In this document: piece by piece, positions 1 through 6,863 of the stretch | How positions within the stretch are numbered: the first letter of the stretch is position 1 | How the letters are laid out: the number at the start of each line of letters is the position of its first letter | DNA from: an uncultured Chloroflexus sp. | GTDB lineage: Bacteria; Chloroflexota; Anaerolineae; Anaerolineales; Villigracilaceae | DNA: 14,486 bases | Direction: 5' to 3' | Assembly (NCBI GenBank): GCA_964618215.1 | Contig: CAZTZE010000064.1 | Location: 1 to 14,486 of the forward strand | The notes under the pieces: generated by a model | What the model was told of the DNA's origin: nothing | The model's database searches: none | The model's input: only the letters and a program-made list of their open reading frames with translations | Made by a program: the position numbers and the translations under genes

Positions 1-394
1 AGATGGCTTAGCTTACCCCGTTTTTTGTTAATGTGCAAATGGACAAAGTCCAGATGAGAATGTGTTGGTTTATTGGACTGCTAGTATTACAGCGCAAAGT
101 TCAAAAAAACCTACTCAAATTGTCACCCCTTCGCCTCACTCAGGGCAGGCTCTGAGGGCGCGTTCCTTCGGCTTCGCTCACACCGTCCCGGTGTCCTTCC
201 GGGAGGACAAGTTTGTGTGCCCGACCTGTGCCACGAAGTGGTAAGGGTCTCCATGCACCGTTTTGGAGATGCTTCGGGCAAAGACTTGCCCTGAGTGCTT
301 TTCGAAGGGACGCCCTCAGCATGACAGTGTCAAGGGACTTTGAAAAAGCCATACATTTTTTGAAATTGTCAGGTGGCTAGATTTGCCTATTGCC

Positions 395-437
395 TGTATA
401 ATAAATAGTTGTACCAACTTACATATTCAACGGAGGT
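395..437 (+). promoter_or_regulatory. Promoter and RBS for the downstream membrane-protein gene: TG-extended -10 'TGTATAAT' at 395-402 with no convincing -35, and SD 'GGAGGT' at 432-437, 6 nt before the ATG at 444
   Basis: Read directly from the sequence: TATAAT hexamer at 397-402 preceded by TG, and GGAGGT with 6-nt spacing to the ATG. The lack of a good -35 is typical of extended -10 promoters. Confidence 0.45.
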
Positions 438-443
438 CGCCTG

Positions 444-1451
444 ATGAAGATTCTTGAGTACATTAAGAGACCAGTTGTTGCTGCTGTGCTTGCCGGTGTA
501 GCGGGGATTCTTCTGGGACTGATCTGGGGTTGGGGGATCCAGCCAGTGAAGTGGAAAGATGCTCCGCCATCTATGCTGCATGTTGTTTATCAAGAAGACT
601 ACCTGCGGATGGCAATCGACTCCTACGGGATAAACGGTGACACCGCGCTGGCCCTCAAACGCTATCAGGCGCTGGGGTCAAACGGGCATGCGGTTCTGTT
701 GACCATTCAGAGAAACCCGGGGAAACAAAATCCAGCCACGATCATAAACTTCTCAAGCATTGTACAACCAGCCGGCGGCGTCGTCATCCCTACCCCCGGC
801 GAAACGCCAGCAAAACCCACTACTGGCAATCTACTCGTGATTTACGGGCTTATCGCTTTTGGAGTTATTGTCTTGGCAGTCGTGGGTTATGGGCTGTTCA
901 AGTTCTTGCGCCCGATGTTGGGGCGAGGCAGCGGTGAAGCGACCCCGGCTCAACAAGCGCGCCGCCTCAGCCGGCAGGCCGAGGTGACTGATTACACGGG
1001 GAGAGGTCAAGAGACCCCCATCGCCCAGTTTGTTACGACCTATGTGCTTGGTGACGACCTGTTCGACGACTCCTTTGGCATCGACTCTGCCTCTGGAGAA
1101 TTTTTGGGCGAGTGTGGCATTGGCATCTCGGAAACCATCGGCGTGGGGGATCCCAAGAAAGTAACTGCCTTTGAAGTTTGGATGTTCGATAAAAATGATA
1201 TCCAGACTGTGACCAAGGTCTTGATGAGTTCACACGCTTTCAATGATGTGGCTACCTTCCAACGCCTGGAAGCCAAAGGCGAGCCGATCCTGGTTGAGCG
1301 CGGCAAACAGGTGGTGCTGGAAACAGCCGCGCTGCAATTGGTGGCGACAATCTCGGATGTTGAATACGGTCGTGGCGCACTCCCGGATAGCAGCTTCTTC
1401 GAGCGCGTGACGCTGGAATTGGCCATCTGGCCGAAGATTACAGCCGGGTAA
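444..1451 (+). CDS. Hypothetical membrane protein with two predicted TM helices (residues ~12-33 and ~131-152) and a C-terminal cytoplasmic domain of about 180 aa with no recognised family
   Basis: 335-aa ORF with a strong RBS. It has two hydrophobic stretches (VVAAVLAGVAGILLGLIWGWGI and LLVIYGLIAFGVIVLAVVGYGLF) and a terminator-like hairpin downstream. I recognise no motif in it. Confidence 0.7.
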   Translation: MKILEYIKRPVVAAVLAGVAGILLGLIWGWGIQPVKWKDAPPSMLHVVYQEDYLRMAIDSYGINGDTALALKRYQALGSNGHAVLLTIQRNPGKQNPATIINFSSIVQPAGGVVIPTPGETPAKPTTGNLLVIYGLIAFGVIVLAVVGYGLFKFLRPMLGRGSGEATPAQQARRLSRQAEVTDYTGRGQETPIAQFVTTYVLGDDLFDDSFGIDSASGEFLGECGIGISETIGVGDPKKVTAFEVWMFDKNDIQTVTKVLMSSHAFNDVATFQRLEAKGEPILVERGKQVVLETAALQLVATISDVEYGRGALPDSSFFERVTLELAIWPKITAG

Positions 1452-1452
1452 G

Positions 1453-1474
1453 CCTTCGGCGTCAGCGCCGAAGG
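1453..1474 (+). terminator. GC-rich hairpin (9-bp stem CCTTCGGCG/CGCCGAAGG, loop TCAG) 2 nt after the stop of the 444-1451 gene, with no U-tract
   Basis: Perfect inverted repeat seen directly in the sequence. The sequence that follows is not T-rich, so this may be a stabilising 3' hairpin rather than an intrinsic terminator. Confidence 0.4.
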
Positions 1475-1480
1475 TCTACT

Positions 1481-1529
1481 CGATAAAAAACTCGATATTG
1501 AAAAGCCCGACTCTCTTGAGAGTCGGGCT
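1481..1529 (-). terminator. Rho-independent terminator for greA, probably bidirectional: perfect 12-bp inverted repeat AGCCCGACTCTC/GAGAGTCGGGCT at 1504-1529, followed on the minus strand by the T-rich run TTTTCAATATCGAGTTTTTTATCG
   Basis: The hairpin lies 22 nt downstream of the greA stop (1551) on the minus strand, and the tract at 1481-1503 is T-rich on that strand. On the + strand the same hairpin is followed by TCTTCG, a weak U-tract, consistent with convergent genes sharing one terminator. Confidence 0.7.
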
Positions 1530-1550
1530 TCTTCGTGGCTGAAATGTACG

Positions 1551-2033
1551 TTATTCAATTTTCAGGATTTTCAACTTGATCTTTCCGCCCGGTGTTTCAG
1601 CCTCGACCACTTCGCCGACGCGGTGATCGAGTAAGGCGCGACCAATGGGGGATTCATTTGATATCTTTCCGTTGCGCGGATCGGCTTCTTTCGCGCCCAC
1701 CAGATAATAAATTTCGGGCGGGAAATCTTCTTCCCGAAGGCCTACCGGTTGAATAATCACCCGTGTTCCGACGGATACCCTGTCTTTGGAGATGGAATTT
1801 TCTTCGACGACGATCGCATATTGCAGGGTGTATTCCAGTTCCTGAATGCGGCCTTCGAGAAAGCCCTGGTCCTCTTTGGCTTTGTGATAGTCAGCGTTCT
1901 CTGAGAGATCGCCCATTTGGATGGCGGAGCGCAGGCGTTTAGATAACGCCAGGCGGGCCGGGCCTGTTAGCTCTGCCAGTTCAGCTTTTATTTTTACAGC
2001 GCCTTCGGCGGTCAAGAAGATATCGTTTGCCAT
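1551..2033 (-). CDS. greA: Transcription elongation factor GreA (transcript cleavage factor)
   Basis: From the internal Met, 'MANDIFLTAEGAVKIKAELAELT...' aligns along its full length with GreA. It has the N-terminal coiled-coil with acidic tip residues 'DLSENADYHKAKEDQGF' and a C-terminal FKBP-like domain ending '...TPGGKIKLKILKIE'. That start gives 160 aa, typical for GreA. The ORF-track start at 2081 adds 16 residues (MNIPNSSFQLKNLRDT) that would overlap the dgt stop, and an AGGGA sits upstream of the internal ATG. Start coordinates are accurate to about one codon. Confidence 0.9.
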   Translation of the reverse strand: MANDIFLTAEGAVKIKAELAELTGPARLALSKRLRSAIQMGDLSENADYHKAKEDQGFLEGRIQELEYTLQYAIVVEENSISKDRVSVGTRVIIQPVGLREEDFPPEIYYLVGAKEADPRNGKISNESPIGRALLDHRVGEVVEAETPGGKIKLKILKIE

Positions 2034-2040
2034 AGTGTCC

Positions 2041-3192
2041 CTAAGGTTTTTCAGTTGAAACGAAGAGTTTGGTATGTTCATCCACCGCGTAACGGTCGGT
2101 CATCCCGGCGATGTAATCGCAGATGGTCCGCTCCAGGCCGCGTTTGTCAATCCACATTTGGACGTGGTCGGGGAGAATGGCCGGCTCGAGATGATAAGCA
2201 TTGAAAAGGTCGCTGAGGATCCGTTCGGCTTTGGTTTGCATGCGGACAACACGGTAATGGCGATAGAGTTTGGCGTACAACAGGTCTTTCAATTCCCGGT
2301 TGCGCCGCTGCATGTCTTCGCTGAATCCGATGAGATTAAGGGATAGTTTTTGGACATCCAGCGCGGATCTCACCCCGCTTTCGCGCAGGCGTGCATCAGT
2401 CGCCTCGACCAGATCGGTCACTTCCAGCCCGACCAGATGGCGGATCATGCGGTGGCGTTCCATATCCACTAAAGTGTAAGCGCGCCATTTGAAGGTTTCG
2501 ACGAGGATCTCCCAGAGGGCAACGCTATTCAGCGTTTGGGGTGTGATCATCCCCGAGCGCAGGCCGTCATCGAGATCGTGAGTGGTGTAGGCCAGTTCAT
2601 CGGCAACATTGGCGATCTGCGTTTCCAGGTTGCCGCGCAAGTCAGGGTTGAAGTCGCGCGCATCCGAGATATCGTAATCGGATTCATGCTTGACAATGCC
2701 CTCGCGCGTTTCCCAGGTCAGGTTTAGCCCGGGGAACTCGGGGTAACGCTGTTCTAGTTCGGTGACGATGCGCAGGGATTGCTTGTTGTGATCGAAACCG
2801 CCGTAATCTTTCATCAAGCGGGCCAGGGTGACTTCGCCTGAATGTCCAAAAGGCGAGTGACCCAGGTCGTGCGCCAGGCAGATGGTCTCGACCAAGTCTT
2901 CGTTGGCGCCCAGGGCGCGGGCGATGGTGCGGCCAATTTGCGCCACTTCCAGCGTGTGCGTCAGGCGGGTGCGGAAGTAATCGCCTTCGTAGTTGATGAA
3001 GACCTGTGTCTTGTATTCAAGGCGGCGAAAAGCGGTGGTGTGGAGGATGCGGTCACGGTCGCGCTGAAAAGCGGTGCGATAATCCGGCTCATTGTCCAGG
3101 TAGGCGCGGCCTTTCGAATCCTTGCTGCGCATACCATACGGCGCAAGGCTGCGGTCTTCAATTTCTTCGAGTTGTTGGCGTGAGAAGAACAT
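2041..3192 (-). CDS. dgt: dGTP triphosphohydrolase-like HD-domain phosphohydrolase (Dgt family)
   Basis: Carries the Dgt family hallmarks: 'FQRDRDRILHTTAFRRLEYKTQVF' and the HD motif region 'THTLEVAQIGR...CLAHDLGHSPFGHSGE'. At 383 aa the length is typical. Only 7 nt separate its stop from the greA start, so the two are probably co-transcribed. Confidence 0.9.
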   Translation of the reverse strand: MFFSRQQLEEIEDRSLAPYGMRSKDSKGRAYLDNEPDYRTAFQRDRDRILHTTAFRRLEYKTQVFINYEGDYFRTRLTHTLEVAQIGRTIARALGANEDLVETICLAHDLGHSPFGHSGEVTLARLMKDYGGFDHNKQSLRIVTELEQRYPEFPGLNLTWETREGIVKHESDYDISDARDFNPDLRGNLETQIANVADELAYTTHDLDDGLRSGMITPQTLNSVALWEILVETFKWRAYTLVDMERHRMIRHLVGLEVTDLVEATDARLRESGVRSALDVQKLSLNLIGFSEDMQRRNRELKDLLYAKLYRHYRVVRMQTKAERILSDLFNAYHLEPAILPDHVQMWIDKRGLERTICDYIAGMTDRYAVDEHTKLFVSTEKP

Positions 3193-3200
3193 GGTGGTGA

Positions 3201-3263
3201 ATGGCAGATGGCAAATGGCGAATGGCAGATGGCGGATGGCGGATGGCGGATGGCGGATGGCGG
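3201..3263. repeat. Heptanucleotide microsatellite: nine tandem copies of ATGGCRR on the + strand (CCGCCAT/CYGCCAT on the minus strand), plus a degenerate tenth copy, ATGGTGG, that contains the dgt start codon
   Basis: Read directly: ATGGCAG ATGGCAA ATGGCGA ATGGCAG ATGGCGG x4 ATGGGCA. The array sits between the IPK stop (3306) and the dgt start (3192), so on the minus strand it occupies positions -9 to -71 of the dgt 5' leader. Confidence 0.9.
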
Positions 3264-3280
3264 ATGGGCAAAGTGAGATG

Positions 3281-3310
3281 AGTCTAATCTACACGACGGG
3301 GGATGTCAAC
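3281..3310 (-). promoter_or_regulatory. Putative sigma70-type promoter for dgt on the minus strand: -35 TTGACA (3310 to 3305, overlapping the IPK stop codon), 18-nt spacer, -10 TAGACT (3286 to 3281)
   Basis: Found by reading the reverse complement of 3264-3320. The -35 hexamer is a perfect match and the spacing is correct, but the -10 is only a 4/6 match. Confidence 0.35.
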
Positions 3311-4103
3311 GCCGAATGAGGGTGCCGATACCTTCGCCGAGCAAGGCGCGTTGTACGTTACTATTCTCTTCGCCGGAGAAGATGCTCACTTCCAGACCCG
3401 CAACCTGTTCCACGAGCCGGAGCATTTGCTTGACCTTGTCCCTCATCCCACCGGTCACGTCCAAGCCTGCCGCTGCGACCATACCCGCGCTAAAAGAACC
3501 AAAATTCTTCGGCGTGATCAGATTGACGAGTTTGCTCCGTGCCGGGAAGTCTGCCCAGACGCCTTTTTCCAGCCCGGCCAGGAGGATGCGCTGTGGATGG
3601 AGATGGGATGCGAGTGTAAAGAACAAATCTTCTGTGGAAAGGATGGTCCCGTTGAGGGTCGCGTCGAAGGCAACGTCACCAAAAATCACCGGCAGGATGC
3701 CGGCTTCGAGCGCGTTTTGCAGCGGTTGAAGATACCAGTCTTCGATTGTCCCAGCCTTCGCCTGGCTTGCAGCCGAGGGAGGGAAGCTAATGGCAGGGAT
3801 ATTCGCATTATGCAGCGCATCCATGACCAATCTATTCAACGCCGAGGCTTGATACCAGACCTCGGCGAAACCCCTCCAATCTTCGGCCTCCCATTTTGAA
3901 TTGACCGGCCAGTTTTGGCTGGCCGCCGCGTGACCGAAGGAGCCGGAGCCATGTCCCAGAACCAGACGCAGGTGCGGGTCGAGGCGACGGACGGCGGCGA
4001 TTTGAGCCGCCAGTTCAGCCAGTTTATCCAGGCGGGGTGTATAGGGGCGTGTTTTGTCGGTGATCAGCGATCCGCCGAGCTTCAGGAAAGTGAGCTTCAT
4101 CAT
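3306..4103 (-). CDS. Isopentenyl phosphate kinase (amino-acid kinase family; alternative/archaeal-type mevalonate pathway)
   Basis: From the internal Met pair, 'MMKLTFLKLGGSLITDK...' and '...LVLGHGSGSFGH' match the IPK signatures (K-L-G-G-S nucleotide-binding N-terminus and the conserved His of the GxGSFGH motif). This start gives 265 aa. The ORF track extends 95 residues further upstream to 4388; that extension is a low-complexity stretch with a non-coding look and it overlaps the divergent promoter, so I take 4103 or 4100 as the start. Confidence 0.8.
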   Translation of the reverse strand: MMKLTFLKLGGSLITDKTRPYTPRLDKLAELAAQIAAVRRLDPHLRLVLGHGSGSFGHAAASQNWPVNSKWEAEDWRGFAEVWYQASALNRLVMDALHNANIPAISFPPSAASQAKAGTIEDWYLQPLQNALEAGILPVIFGDVAFDATLNGTILSTEDLFFTLASHLHPQRILLAGLEKGVWADFPARSKLVNLITPKNFGSFSAGMVAAAGLDVTGGMRDKVKQMLRLVEQVAGLEVSIFSGEENSNVQRALLGEGIGTLIRR

Positions 4104-4148
4104 GCCTGAAACTTTAGCACGTTCTGTGGATGGCGTCAAGAATGGGTG

Positions 4149-4157
4149 TGCTATAAT
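4149..4157 (+). promoter_or_regulatory. Extended -10 promoter element TGcTATAAT for the divergent membrane-protein gene; no good -35
   Basis: TGnTATAAT read directly, 27 nt upstream of the ATG at 4185, in the 81-nt divergent intergenic region between IPK and the 4185 gene. Confidence 0.5.
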
Positions 4158-4184
4158 TTGAGCGTCGCTTGGCCAAGAGAATTT

Positions 4185-5120
4185 ATGAAACTTGACGTTC
4201 ACGCTGCGGTCCAGACCGCCGTTGTCCTCGCCTTGATCGGATTTGTTCTCGGCATTTGGCTGGGAGTACGCGCCATCCGTGAGGGGCGGCGTATACCTTT
4301 CTTTCGTATCCGCCGGCAGCGCGTCTTGGGCGGCTGGCGGAGGATATTTTATTCGATCTTGCTGGGGGTTTTCGCGATTGTTCTGCAACGCTACACCGAA
4401 CCGGCGGTCTATCGTTTCTTCCCTCCGACCGTGGCTCCCTCCCGGACGGCGACGATCACCCTGACACCAACCATCACACTGACCCCTACCATCACGCTGA
4501 CGCCGACGATCACACTCACGCCGGCGGTCAGCTATACTCCTACGCTCACTCCGACCCCCTTCCTCCCGCTAGCCATCGAAGCCCGCTTCCAGAGTACAGT
4601 GACGCCCAACCCGGATGCGGTCTTTAGCCCGTTGAAGTTCGCCTACCGCATTCAGGATGGACAAGCGCTCAACCCCTCCACTGTTTTTCAGAATCCGGTT
4701 CGACACCTGTATGCCGCTTTTACCTACGACAAGATGCTGCCCGGCGTCCAATGGACAGCGCTTTGGTACCGGGATGGTAAACTGGTGCATTTTGAGACCA
4801 AACCCTGGGATGGCGCAATCGGCGGTTATGGTTTTACCGATTGGAACCCGCCCGCCGAGGAATGGCTGCCAGGGAACTACAGCGTGCAAATCTTTGTTGG
4901 TGTGGACTGGAAAGTCGTCGGCGGATTCATCGTCCAGGGTGACCCTCCAACCTCGACGCTCACCTTGACCCCCAGCCTGTCGCCGACGCCGACACTGACG
5001 CGCACCCCGAGCCGCACCCCCACTCCCTCAAAAACTCCCACGGCAACCTGGACGCCGATCCCATCCAGAACGCCTCGTCCGAGCGATACCCGTTGGCCGT
5101 CCCAAACCCCGACAAAATAA
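4185..5120 (+). CDS. Membrane-anchored (single N-terminal TM), presumably extracytoplasmic protein: (TITLTP)x4 repeat linker, a central beta-rich domain of about 120 aa, and a C-terminal Pro/Thr/Ser-rich tail
   Basis: 312-aa ORF from the first ATG; the track start at 4146 is a GTG sitting inside the -10 box. It has a hydrophobic helix AVVLALIGFVLGIWLGV. The repeat protein sequence is encoded by an 18-bp DNA tandem repeat. The tail reads LTPSLSPTPTLTRTPSRTPTPSKTPTATWTPIPSRTPRPS. I recognise no family. Confidence 0.65.
   Translation: MKLDVHAAVQTAVVLALIGFVLGIWLGVRAIREGRRIPFFRIRRQRVLGGWRRIFYSILLGVFAIVLQRYTEPAVYRFFPPTVAPSRTATITLTPTITLTPTITLTPTITLTPAVSYTPTLTPTPFLPLAIEARFQSTVTPNPDAVFSPLKFAYRIQDGQALNPSTVFQNPVRHLYAAFTYDKMLPGVQWTALWYRDGKLVHFETKPWDGAIGGYGFTDWNPPAEEWLPGNYSVQIFVGVDWKVVGGFIVQGDPPTSTLTLTPSLSPTPTLTRTPSRTPTPSKTPTATWTPIPSRTPRPSDTRWPSQTPTK
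4452..4523 (+). repeat. Four tandem 18-bp repeats (ACGATCACCCTGACACCA and variants) encoding TITLTP x4 inside the 4185-5120 CDS
   Basis: Read directly; the variation between copies is mostly synonymous or conservative. Confidence 0.85.
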
Positions 5121-5141
5121 TAAACTCGAGAGGAACCCTTC

Positions 5142-5627
5142 ATGGAGCAAAAAGCTTTCCAAGACTACTACCCGGATCATTTTGCCCATTGCTATGGCTG
5201 TGGGAAACTCAACGCATCCGGCCACCAAATAAAAAGTTATTGGGAAGGCGAAGAGTCGGTCTGCCGCTTCCTGCCGGAAGCCGAGCACACTTCCATCCCT
5301 GGTTACGTCTACGGCGGGCTGATCGCCTCGTTGATTGACTGTCACGGCACCGGGACGGCTGCCGCGGCCGCCTACCGCGCCGAGAAGCGCGCCATGGACA
5401 CTGAGCCAGCCTTCCGCTTTTTGACCGCTTCGCTGCATGTAGATTATCTGAAGCCCACGCCCCTGGGCGTGATACTGGAAGTGCGTGGAAGGGTAAAAGA
5501 AGTCAAAGGCCGCAAAGTGGTGATCGAGGCGACCGTCTCGGCGGAGGGTGTCGTCACGGCGCGCGGGGAGGTGGTCGCCGTTCAAGTCCCGGAGCATCTG
5601 ATAGAGGAATTGTTGCTGAAGGCCTAA
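5142..5627 (+). CDS. Hotdog-fold acyl-CoA thioesterase (PaaI/YbgC-like family)
   Basis: 161 aa. Contains 'GYVYGGLIASLIDCHGTGTAAAAA' and a C-terminal beta-rich region ('ILEVRGRVKEVKGRKVVIEATV') typical of PaaI-type hotdog thioesterases. SD GAGAGGA sits 6 nt before the ATG. Confidence 0.7.
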   Translation: MEQKAFQDYYPDHFAHCYGCGKLNASGHQIKSYWEGEESVCRFLPEAEHTSIPGYVYGGLIASLIDCHGTGTAAAAAYRAEKRAMDTEPAFRFLTASLHVDYLKPTPLGVILEVRGRVKEVKGRKVVIEATVSAEGVVTARGEVVAVQVPEHLIEELLLKA

Positions 5628-5924
5628 CCGGTAGATGTAATAAACCGCCAAGACACCAAGACGCCAAGAAGTTCTTTGAGTTTGCCACACTTGCACCCCG
5701 TTCGGGCCGGGAGCCCGCCGTGACAACGAATAAGGGGGCGAGACGGCCTGCCGCAAGTGCAGGTGAGAAAAGCCCCTTGGCGCATTGTGTACATCACTTG
5801 GCGCCTTTACCCTTCGGGTACGATGTGCGACTTGGCGGTGAATAGAATTCCACAATTGCGGATAATCTCTAATATCTGACTTTGGCCGCGATTTTATATT
5901 GCTCGCTCCCGAAGGCCTACTCGG

Positions 5925-6863
5925 TCAAAGGCCGGTGCTGTAAGCACATGCTATTCGTGCGCCCAGGCGGGCATTGTTGAGCAGTAGATCCAAATTGGCG
6001 CGCAGTGTCGCGCCGCCGGTCAATTCGCTCAGGCGTTGGAGCAGGAAAGGCGTGAGCGCCTGTCCGTAGATATTCCTCTGGCGCGCTTCCTGCCTGGCTT
6101 GCTGGATGACCCCTTCCACAGCCTGTCGGGGCAGGGCAGTCGCGGCGGGCGGGGGTTGGCAGACCAGGACGGCGCTCTTCAGCCCAAGCTCCCAGTGCGC
6201 CTTTGCAAAGGCAACCACTTCCTGGGACGTGTCGAGCCGCGCGCTGACCGGCAGTCCGCTCTCGCGGGAATAGAAGGCGGGAAATTCATCCGTCTGGTAG
6301 CCGATGACCGGCACCCCCATCGTTTCCAGGTATTCCAGCGTAGCCGGCAGATCCAAGATGGCCTTCGCCCCCGCGCAGACGACGATCATGGGCGTATCGG
6401 CCAGCGCAGGAAGATCGGTGGAAATATCCAATGTCTCTACCTCGTGCACGCCGCCGATCCCGCCGGTGGCAAAGACCTTGATCCCGGCTTTGTGCGCGGC
6501 GAACATCGTCCCTGCAACGGTCGTACCGCCGGATTCCTGCTTGACGATAGCGGTGGCAAAATCCCGACGGCTGATCTTGCGCACGTTTTCTGCGTTCGCC
6601 AGTTGCTCCAATTGCGCGTCGGTCAGCCCGACGTGGATTTTCCCATCCAGCACGGCGACAGTGGCAGGCGTCGCGCCGTTCTCGCGGACGACGCGCTCCA
6701 TCTCGCGCGCCAGTTGCAGGTTCTGCGGGCGCGGTAGTCCGTGCGTGATGACGGTCGATTCGAGGGCGACGGAGGGGAATCCTATGTCATGGGCATGGAG
6801 GAGAGAGGGGGATAAAAAAAAGGAAGGAGTAAAGTCTCTGGGATACAAGTCACCTGTTGTCAT
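5925..6863 (-). CDS. psuG: Pseudouridine-5'-phosphate glycosidase (IndA/PsuG family)
   Basis: 'SVALESTVITHGLPRPQNLQ...GATPATVAVLDGKIHVGLTDAQLEQLA...TTVAGTMFAAHKAGIKVFATGGIGGVH' is colinear with PsuG. The ATG at 6863 has a strong SD (AAGGTGGA) 4 nt upstream and lies inside the last codons of the upstream gene, which suggests translational coupling. The first ~30 residues (..SFFLSPSLL..) are low-complexity and encoded by a polypyrimidine tract, but there is no alternative in-frame ATG or GTG. Confidence 0.85.
   Translation of the reverse strand: MTTGDLYPRDFTPSFFLSPSLLHAHDIGFPSVALESTVITHGLPRPQNLQLAREMERVVRENGATPATVAVLDGKIHVGLTDAQLEQLANAENVRKISRRDFATAIVKQESGGTTVAGTMFAAHKAGIKVFATGGIGGVHEVETLDISTDLPALADTPMIVVCAGAKAILDLPATLEYLETMGVPVIGYQTDEFPAFYSRESGLPVSARLDTSQEVVAFAKAHWELGLKSAVLVCQPPPAATALPRQAVEGVIQQARQEARQRNIYGQALTPFLLQRLSELTGGATLRANLDLLLNNARLGARIACAYSTGL

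Noticed and set aside
62-244. 60-aa + ORF containing a single CPTC motif
   Set aside because: There is no RBS and only one CxxC, and it spans a region dominated by stable GC-rich hairpins. Structured RNA or UTR is more likely than a zinc-ribbon peptide.
1040-1558. 172-aa minus-strand ORF antisense to the 444-1451 membrane protein
   Set aside because: It is Ser-rich and low-complexity, reads through the terminator hairpins, and has no RBS. The + strand gene has much better start-site support.
2033-2081. Longer GreA N-terminus (MNIPNSSFQLKNLRDT) from the ORF-track start
   Set aside because: GreA homology begins at the internal Met. The extension would overlap the dgt stop codon and has no SD, so the shorter form is preferred.
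3201-3263. Tandem short repeats considered as a possible CRISPR array
   Set aside because: Units of 7 nt with no spacers make this a microsatellite, not CRISPR. No cas genes are present in the window.
3303-3899. + strand ORFs (198 aa and 137 aa) antisense to the IPK gene
   Set aside because: They overlap the conserved IPK coding region and have no RBS or recognisable motifs.
5740-5790. 'GGGGGCGAGACGG...' resembling a tmRNA 5' end
   Set aside because: No tRNA-like 3' end (GGTTCGANTCC...CCA) and no tag-peptide reading frame is found anywhere in the 300-nt intergenic region, so it is simply a GC-rich hairpin.
5028-5855. 275-aa minus-strand ORF overlapping the thioesterase gene and the intergenic repeat region
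   Set aside because: It is antisense to the PaaI-like thioesterase and Arg/Gly-rich. The intergenic portion is better explained as structured or repetitive non-coding DNA.
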